NCBI GenBank assembly: GCA_949293905.1
Contig: CASFFG010000001.1
Coordinates: 64,461-128,460 of the forward strand
Direction: 5' to 3'
Origin: an uncultured Christensenella sp.
Lineage (GTDB): Bacteria; Bacillota; Clostridia; Christensenellales; UBA1242
Length of the DNA stretch: 64,000 nt
The stretch's first letter is position 1, and the number at the start of each line of letters is the position of its first letter. A program made the position numbers and the translations under genes. Below are positions 57,453 to 64,000 of the stretch, piece after piece. The notes beneath the pieces are model-generated. The model made no database searches. It was given only the letters and a program-made list of their open reading frames with translations, and was not told the DNA's origin.

Positions 57453-59920
57453 TATTCTTCTATCCTTTTAAGTGAATAACACTCAATTCTATCACCGACT
57501 AAAACATCATCAAAGTCAGTTTTAATACCGCACTCTCTATCCTTGCCTGCTTCCTTTACATCGTCTTTAACAATTTTCAACGAGCGTATAATGGTATCTG
57601 CAACAATATCATCTCCGCGATATATTCTAGCATGTTCACCGCGAACAATTTTCCCATCACGAACGAACGAACCAGCCACGATTCCTGCATTTGATAATTT
57701 AAATACAGCCATGACTTCCGCTCTTCCAAGATAAACTTCTTCGTATTTAGGTTCTTTCATACCCTTAACTACGCGTTCTATATCGTCTAATAGGTCGTAG
57801 ATGATTTTATATGAATGAATCTCTATTTTCATGCGCTCTGCGGTAGATTTTACCTTGCTATCTTGCCCAATATTAAACGCAACTAACATCGCATTTGACG
57901 CTTTTGCTAAAATTAAATCACTTTCGCTGACTGCACCAACTCCACTATGGAGAATATTTATCTTAACTTCATCATTAGCCAATTTCATAATTGACGAACG
58001 AATTGCTTCGAGCGAGCCATTGACATCTGTTTTAAGAATGATATTAAGCACTTTTACATCTTTTTCACTAGTCTTTTGCAGTAAATCTTCAAGGGTATTT
58101 CCGCCACTATGCTTAATCAATTCTTCTTTTTGTTTTGTCTTTCTCTCTTGAACAATCTGTTTAGATAGTTTTTCATCAACTACTGTGAACGTCTCTCCCG
58201 CTATTGGAACTTCGTTAAAGCCTAAAACTGTTACTGGCATAGACGGGGTTGCGACCTTAACTGGTCGATTATTTTCGTCAATCATTGCCTTTACTTTACA
58301 TATAGATGTTCCAGATACTATCGTGTCCCCAATTTTTAGCGAACCATCAAGGACTATGAGAGAAGCAACCGCGCCACGACCTTTATCTAGGCGAGATTCA
58401 AGGATTGTACCCATAGCTGGGACATTAGGATTTGCTTTAAGGTCTTGCACATCGGCAACTAGTAATATTGTTTCTAACAATTTATCAATGCCTTCACCAG
58501 TATGTGCAGAAATTTTACATATTATAGCATCTCCGCCCCATGCTTCAGGAAGAACGTTGTGTTCAGCGAGTTGTTGCATTATTCTATCTGGGTCGGCTTG
58601 CGGTTTATCCATTTTATTGATTGCGACAATCATTGGAATACCCGCAGATTTGATATGGTTAATCGCTTCAACCGTCTGTGGCATAACTCCGTCGTCTGCT
58701 GCTACAATTAATATCGCAATATCAGTTACTGACGCCCCACGCGCACGCATCGCAGTGAATGCTTCATGCCCTGGCGTGTCAATAAATGTGATGTACTTAT
58801 CGTTGACATTTACTCTATAAGCACCGATTGCCTGTGTTATTCCACCCGCTTCACCGAGGGTAACTTTTGTCTTTCTAATATAGTCTAAAAGGCTAGTTTT
58901 ACCATGGTCAACATGACCCATAACAGTTACGATAGGTGGGCGAACTTGTGCGTCGGTATCATCATACGAGCGAATATCATTTTGAATATCTTTAAGTTTT
59001 TCTTCGCTGGTCTTATCGAGTTTTTGATTAAGTTCAATTCCCATATCGCTAAATACTAGCGCAGCGGTATCGAAATCAACTACCGAATTTATAGTCACCA
59101 TCATGCCTAGTTGCATAAATTTCTTAATAATTTCACTAACTGGGCGACCGCTAGATTCACTGAGAAGTTTAATTGTAATGTTGTCTGTAGTGATTGTAAC
59201 AGGGCCTTGTGGACGCTCAACTACTTGTTCGACAACTTCTTTTTTCTTTCTAACTTTGCGGTTTAGAATTCTATCGTCTAGACCTTCATCAATCATTCCA
59301 CGCTTAATTAAATCGCGTTTAGTGTACGAGCGTTTCTCTTCTCTATGCTCTGTTTCCTTCTTTTTATAATTGTTTCTAGCAGGGCTAGCGGTAATAATAG
59401 GTTGAGCATAATTAATTGCTGGGCGTTTATTATCCTTATTAAATTGTGGTTTTTGTCCTGGTTTAAAGTTAGGATTATTAGTTCTAAAATTTGGACGCTG
59501 TGCATTTTGAGTTTGTTGATTTTGACCCTGGCGATTATTATAGTTATTAAAAGGTTTACGCTGGTTAAACTGCTGGTTTTGTCCCTGTCTATTAGGGGAT
59601 TGTTGATTCTTATTTTGTTGTAGATTTGGAGATTTTTGTTTTGGCTTATTTTCTTCTTGCAAGATTGGCGGATTTGTTTTCTCCCCTTCTGGCGTGGAAA
59701 CTATAGAAGGAGTATCTTCCTTCTTCTCTTCAATATTGTTCTGTGCGTTTTTAGATAGAAGAGATGTTTCCTTCTCTTTCATAGAACGCGTTAAAGTCGA
59801 CATTTCATTTTTTAAATAATAAAACTTTTCAGCAAGCGACATAAATAATTTGTCTTTAACCATGCTGGTTAATTGTTTAATCGACTTATTAAATTCTTGA
59901 TTTTTAACTTCGTTAGCCAA
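57452..59920 (-). CDS. infB: Translation initiation factor IF-2
   Basis: G-domain GHVDHGKTSLLD, DTPGH and NKMD. Q/N-rich low-complexity N-terminal region. Confidence 0.95.
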   Translation of the reverse strand: MANEVKNQEFNKSIKQLTSMVKDKLFMSLAEKFYYLKNEMSTLTRSMKEKETSLLSKNAQNNIEEKKEDTPSIVSTPEGEKTNPPILQEENKPKQKSPNLQQNKNQQSPNRQGQNQQFNQRKPFNNYNNRQGQNQQTQNAQRPNFRTNNPNFKPGQKPQFNKDNKRPAINYAQPIITASPARNNYKKKETEHREEKRSYTKRDLIKRGMIDEGLDDRILNRKVRKKKEVVEQVVERPQGPVTITTDNITIKLLSESSGRPVSEIIKKFMQLGMMVTINSVVDFDTAALVFSDMGIELNQKLDKTSEEKLKDIQNDIRSYDDTDAQVRPPIVTVMGHVDHGKTSLLDYIRKTKVTLGEAGGITQAIGAYRVNVNDKYITFIDTPGHEAFTAMRARGASVTDIAILIVAADDGVMPQTVEAINHIKSAGIPMIVAINKMDKPQADPDRIMQQLAEHNVLPEAWGGDAIICKISAHTGEGIDKLLETILLVADVQDLKANPNVPAMGTILESRLDKGRGAVASLIVLDGSLKIGDTIVSGTSICKVKAMIDENNRPVKVATPSMPVTVLGFNEVPIAGETFTVVDEKLSKQIVQERKTKQKEELIKHSGGNTLEDLLQKTSEKDVKVLNIILKTDVNGSLEAIRSSIMKLANDEVKINILHSGVGAVSESDLILAKASNAMLVAFNIGQDSKVKSTAERMKIEIHSYKIIYDLLDDIERVVKGMKEPKYEEVYLGRAEVMAVFKLSNAGIVAGSFVRDGKIVRGEHARIYRGDDIVADTIIRSLKIVKDDVKEAGKDRECGIKTDFDDVLVGDRIECYSLKRIEE

Positions 59921-60227
59921 TATTTTCTCCTTTAATCTCTATTGTTTTCCTTTCATTTATTATTCCACGGGCAAGGTTTTCGTCCGTAATTGCAAGTATT
60001 TTAATATCTTCTATGTTGGTGAGTTCACTGAGCAAAACATTAGTTATGATATATGGGCAATTATGTTTAACGGCAACATTTTTAGCAAGGTTTTTTAGGT
60101 TTTCGCTGGCAGTGAAACAAACTAAAATAACATATAATTGCTCTCGTGCACGCTTTATTGAAGTCTGCCCCGTTATTATCGCGTGTGACTTGCGGGCAAA
60201 CCCGATATAACTAATTACTTTGTTCAT
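59913..60227 (-). CDS. ylxQ: L7Ae-family RNA-binding protein YlxQ
   Basis: Size and position between ylxR and infB. Confidence 0.75.
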   Translation of the reverse strand: MNKVISYIGFARKSHAIITGQTSIKRAREQLYVILVCFTASENLKNLAKNVAVKHNCPYIITNVLLSELTNIEDIKILAITDENLARGIINERKTIEIKGENIG

Positions 60228-60465
60228 ACTCTCCTAATTCTTCATATATTTTAGAACCTACATTGCATTTATATGCTTTATTTAATAGATGTTTTTTTAT
60301 AGTTAGCGCGATACATTCTGGCTTCTTACACACATATGCCCCGCGCCCACCAAGTTTAAAATTCTTATCAATCAAGTATTCGCCGTCTATTCGAGCAATT
60401 CGAATCAAGTCATACTGCTGACTTTCAGTTCTACATGCGACACATCTTCGCTCTCGTTTAGACAT
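60211..60465 (-). CDS. ylxR: YlxR (DUF448) RNA-binding protein
   Basis: RRCVACR...GRGAYVC motif. Confidence 0.85.
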   Translation of the reverse strand: MSKRERRCVACRTESQQYDLIRIARIDGEYLIDKNFKLGGRGAYVCKKPECIALTIKKHLLNKAYKCNVGSKIYEELGEYEQSN

Positions 60466-60472
60466 ATTTCAC

Positions 60473-61600
60473 CTACTCATCTATATCATTAAAGAAATCG
60501 TCGTCAAGAATAATATTTGCATTTGATGTAGATAGTACATCATTAGACTTTGCTTCAGTTACATGAGTTGCTGCTGGTTTAACATCAATTTTGTAACCTG
60601 TGAGTTTAGCCGCAAGGCGCACATTATGTCCGCCCTTACCTATCGCAAGCGAGAGTTTGTTTTCAGGGACTAAAACATTTGCAATGCCTGCCGCGGTGTC
60701 AACTGTAATTTCGCTAACTTCGGCCGGACTAAGCGCAGATACGATATAATCGGCTGGATTATCGCTATAATTGATTATATCAATTTTTTCACCCTTTAAT
60801 TCATTAATAATATTATTAATTCTCGAACCTTTATTTCCTATGCAAGCGCCGACTGGGTCTAGGTTTGGAACAGTTGTGCTAACAGCAACCTTAGTTCTAA
60901 GTCCCGCTTCACGAACTATATTTACAATTTTTACTTCGCTGTTGTTTAGTTCAGGTACTTCCATTTCGAGTAGGAGTTTAACGAAATTTGCGTGTGTACG
61001 CGAAACTTGAACAACTGTTCCGCGGAAATCGTCGCGGATATGACGAACATAGACTTTTACTCTATCGCCTGGCTTAAAATTATCATTAGGGAGCATATCC
61101 CGTTTTGTCATAAGTCCTTCAAGCGTAGTACCGCCAATTTCAAGATAAACATTTTCTAAATCTAGGCGCTTAACATTTGCAACAATGAGTTTACCTTCTT
61201 TCTCAGCAATATCCTTATAAATTGATTGTTTTTCAATCTCTTTAATCTTTTGGGTAATCACTTGTTTTGCGGTTTGTACAGCGATACGATTAAAATCTTT
61301 CGTACTCTCTTCTTGCATAACTAAATCGCCAATTTTATATGCATGTTTAATTTGTTTAGCATCTTCTAGACTAATTTCTTTTTCTTCGTCTTCAACATTT
61401 TCAACGACTGTTCTATACGAATAAATTTTAATTGTATTTTTCTCTGGATTTAATTTAACTTGGGCATTTTTTGCCATTCCGCTATTCTTCTTATATGCGG
61501 CCGTGAGCGCTTGCTCTAACGCCTGAATAAACACTTCTTGGTTAATTCCTTTTTCCCTTTCTAAATCTTTTAACGCTTCGAAAAAATCCTTGTTAATCAT
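60473..61600 (-). CDS. nusA: Transcription termination/antitermination factor NusA
   Basis: S1 and two KH domains (GACIGNKGSRI, AIGKGGHNVRLA). Confidence 0.95.
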   Translation of the reverse strand: MINKDFFEALKDLEREKGINQEVFIQALEQALTAAYKKNSGMAKNAQVKLNPEKNTIKIYSYRTVVENVEDEEKEISLEDAKQIKHAYKIGDLVMQEESTKDFNRIAVQTAKQVITQKIKEIEKQSIYKDIAEKEGKLIVANVKRLDLENVYLEIGGTTLEGLMTKRDMLPNDNFKPGDRVKVYVRHIRDDFRGTVVQVSRTHANFVKLLLEMEVPELNNSEVKIVNIVREAGLRTKVAVSTTVPNLDPVGACIGNKGSRINNIINELKGEKIDIINYSDNPADYIVSALSPAEVSEITVDTAAGIANVLVPENKLSLAIGKGGHNVRLAAKLTGYKIDVKPAATHVTEAKSNDVLSTSNANIILDDDFFNDIDE

Positions 61601-61615
61601 TTCTTTTCTTTCTCC

Positions 61616-62068
61616 TTAAAACTCTATATATGGTGTAATATATGCGATGTCAGTAGCATTTATAGTAATATTTTCATCATCGACATTAAATTGTGTACTA
61701 TTATCATTATGGTCAATAAGGGTTGCTGTAAACTCTTTTCTACCGTCAATAGTGCGATATAATTTAACGTTCACTAATTTGTTCTTATATTTATTAAATT
61801 GCCAATCAAATTTAAGCGGTTTATCCAGTCCATAACTGGAAACATCAAGTAAATATGGTGCGTCATTCGTTGGATTTAGTTCATCTAATTTGTCTGCGAT
61901 TAAATCGTTGACTGCAACACAATCATCAATCGTTACACCGCCGTCTTTGTCAATATACACGATAAGGTGCATACCATCGGCACGTTTTACATATTCGACT
62001 TCAACTAGTTTAATATCATCTGTAAATAATGGTTTAATACCTTCAAAAACTACATCTGCTACTTTCAT
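61616..62068 (-). CDS. rimP: Ribosome maturation factor RimP
   Basis: Position upstream of nusA. Start set at the ATG (MKVADV) preceded by GGAG. Confidence 0.85.
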   Translation of the reverse strand: MKVADVVFEGIKPLFTDDIKLVEVEYVKRADGMHLIVYIDKDGGVTIDDCVAVNDLIADKLDELNPTNDAPYLLDVSSYGLDKPLKFDWQFNKYKNKLVNVKLYRTIDGRKEFTATLIDHNDNSTQFNVDDENITINATDIAYITPYIEF

Positions 62069-62091
62069 TAACACTCCTTTAAAACTAAGTT

Positions 62092-62112
62092 AGGAGTGGC
62101 ACCGCCACTCCT
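62092..62112 (-). terminator. GC-rich hairpin between the PolC-like gene and rimP
   Basis: Stem AGGAGTGGC/GCCACTCCT. Only a weak T-run on the minus strand. Confidence 0.35.
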
Positions 62113-62171
62113 ACTCTCTACTTTTATTATATCATAAGAAATTAAATTAATCAATAGTTTTTAGCAATTTT

Positions 62172-63695
62172 TTACATTAATTTAATAAAAACTTTTGCAG
62201 TCGCAGTTGCGTCGTTTACCGCTCTATGCGCATTGTTTAGTATTATATTCAACTTATCTACTATCGTGCCTAATTTATAGTTCTTTAAACCTGGAAGTTT
62301 TTTATGCGCCATTTCAAGCGTATCCATAAGCGGATTATCAAAATTATATGATAATTTCTTAGCGGCACTATAGATAAACCCTATATCAAACGAGATATTA
62401 TGTGCGACTAATGTGCTTCCATAACAAAATTTATAGAAATCAGGTAGTACATAGTTAATAGTTGGTGCATCTTTTAGCATTGCATCTGTTATTCCTGTTA
62501 ATTGTACGATTTCATTATGTAGTTTTTTATTTGGATTTACGAATGTAGAGAAAATCTCGGTAATTCTCCCATTTTCTATCTTACACGCGCCTATTTCGAT
62601 AATTTCATCTTTGTTGGCTTCTAGTCCTGTAGTTTCTAAGTCGAATACGACAAATGTACCCGGAAAAGTCTTTTCTTCTTCATCGAAAAGTCCTGCTTGC
62701 TCGTAGTCTACATACTTAGATGGGAAAACGGTATGATAATTCTCATTTACTTGCTTATATGCCTGTTTTTTCTCTTCACGACTATACTCACATCTAGCGA
62801 TACTAGTCGCAGTAAAACCAAATCTATCGTTTCTCAACCTAAATGAACCAAAACAACATACTTTCATATTAGGTTCGATTAAATCGCCTTTACTCTCGTC
62901 CGCTTGTTTAGGGAAAATTACGACTGATAAAAATTTTTGATTAAGTTTTAAATTAATCCTATAATATGCATGCTCAATTTCAGTTTCTACCCCATTACGC
63001 TTAGTTTTTCTAATGTAGTGCGAACGAAATACATTTACTACTTCACCACAAATTGCAACATTTTCCATAGGAGTATTTATTGTAGAAAAATCGCTAGCAA
63101 GAGTATAATCATTCTTCCCTATAATATTTACTATATTAGTTAGCGAATAAAAGTTCTTATCTTGGGCTTGACGGATAGAATAATTTAATTCCATGTTGTC
63201 TTCTATGTAACTTTTTTCTCTTTCTTCACTATTTTCTTTCTTTTCAAAAACTACTGAAAAATCGGCTAAAAAACTTTCTTTTAGTTTATCAGCAACCATT
63301 TTTTCACGGTTAAGTGAGACGGCATAATCGTACGAACTTTGAGATATTTTAAGGTGAATTACGACATTTAATGAGTTAATGTCAACCGATATATCATCAA
63401 AATTAAAGTTTCTAGATATTGAGGGAAAGTTGTTGATAATTGTTGTGTAAGTATAGTTTGCTATTGCGCGTTTATCAAGCGGACAACTAACAAAATTTAG
63501 CGAAAATTTAACAAAATCACCAACTAATTTTTTTACTTCGTCAAGTATTCGTGCCTTATTTTCTTCAGTGGGTTTAAAACAATCTGGATTGTATAAAAAA
63601 TTCATCGTACATGTATTATTTTTCTCAGTGTACACAGCATCTTTAAATTTTAAGCCTTCGAAAAGTTCGCTAAGATGATCGATTGAATTTTCCAT
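62172..63695 (-). CDS. PolC-derived protein: PolC N-terminal region, OB fold and DnaQ-like 3'-5' exonuclease; no PHP or polymerase domains
   Basis: Exo motifs FVVFDLETTGL, VAHNISFD and HRAVNDATA. Ends just after Exo III. Occupies the polC position between rseP and rimP. Confidence 0.75.
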   Translation of the reverse strand: MENSIDHLSELFEGLKFKDAVYTEKNNTCTMNFLYNPDCFKPTEENKARILDEVKKLVGDFVKFSLNFVSCPLDKRAIANYTYTTIINNFPSISRNFNFDDISVDINSLNVVIHLKISQSSYDYAVSLNREKMVADKLKESFLADFSVVFEKKENSEEREKSYIEDNMELNYSIRQAQDKNFYSLTNIVNIIGKNDYTLASDFSTINTPMENVAICGEVVNVFRSHYIRKTKRNGVETEIEHAYYRINLKLNQKFLSVVIFPKQADESKGDLIEPNMKVCCFGSFRLRNDRFGFTATSIARCEYSREEKKQAYKQVNENYHTVFPSKYVDYEQAGLFDEEEKTFPGTFVVFDLETTGLEANKDEIIEIGACKIENGRITEIFSTFVNPNKKLHNEIVQLTGITDAMLKDAPTINYVLPDFYKFCYGSTLVAHNISFDIGFIYSAAKKLSYNFDNPLMDTLEMAHKKLPGLKNYKLGTIVDKLNIILNNAHRAVNDATATAKVFIKLM

Positions 63696-63824
63696 GCTAA
63701 TATTATATATAAAAATGTCGTAACTGTCAAGTCACGACATTATCTCAAATGCTAAATCATTTTTAGGAAATTCTTTTAATTACACCTGTTTTATGTTTTA
63801 TATTTTGGAAAATATTTGATAAAC

Positions 63825-64000
63825 TCACAGGACAAATTGCAATATGTCAACAATAATTACAAAACCGAGCAAGACCAAAAGTCCTACATTGTTTATGATG
63901 TTTACTATCTTTTGATTAATTGGCTTGCCCCTAATCCACTCAATAAGTACGAATACCATTTGACAACCGTCGAGCGCTGGTATTGGTAATAGATTAAATA
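63825..64000 (-). CDS. rseP: RseP/RasP-type site-2 metalloprotease, C-terminal end (partial; continues beyond the window)
   Basis: My own translation reads PIPALDGCQMVFVLIEWIRGKPINQKIVNIINNVGLLVLLGFVIIVDILQFVL-stop, typical of an M50 C-terminus. Confidence 0.7.
   Translation of the reverse strand, partial: FNLLPIPALDGCQMVFVLIEWIRGKPINQKIVNIINNVGLLVLLGFVIIVDILQFVL

Noticed and set aside
58185-58820. 211-aa plus-strand ORF, plus other antisense ORFs (e.g. 15528-16004, 18008-18352, 29196-29492, 49008-49334)
   Set aside because: They are fully antisense to well-supported genes (infB, the lipoprotein gene, spoVAE, the recombinase gene, xseA). They have low-complexity or serine/leucine-rich translations and no start signals.

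Overview
A 64-kb chromosomal segment from a very AT-rich, endospore-forming Firmicute (Clostridia-like). Most of it is conserved housekeeping and sporulation synteny: comEC-holA; spoIIAA-spoIIAB-sigF; spoVAC-AD-AE; yunB; a cysteine desulfurase with thiI; rny; miaB-mutS-mutL-miaA; glmS/murI; proS-xseBA-nusB; spoIIIAA-AH; efp; and rimP-nusA-ylxR-ylxQ-infB-rbfA-truB. There are eight intact tRNA genes plus one tRNA fragment. I saw no rRNA, CRISPR array or prophage. Genes run almost entirely on + up to about 23.85 kb and almost entirely on - afterwards, a convergent pattern expected at a replication terminus. The most unusual locus is 28.7-32.5 kb. A long Xer-like tyrosine recombinase there is followed by six copies of a 14-nt arm, ATCTTTGCGYAAAA. 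Two of these form a perfect 14-6-14 inverted core site. The copies divide the region into cassette-like segments: serS in the locally atypical orientation, a truncated SpoU methyltransferase relic, and two ORF-free segments. Other notable points: an orphan 980-aa gene bracketed by a 40-bp direct repeat derived from the adjacent rluA-family gene; a duplicated 5' half of tRNA-Thr; a 507-aa PolC-derived protein with no polymerase domains at the polC locus; several promoters placed to give leaderless mRNAs; and a cardiolipin-synthase homologue with both HKD motifs degenerate. All functional calls rest on motif recognition and synteny by eye; no searches were run.
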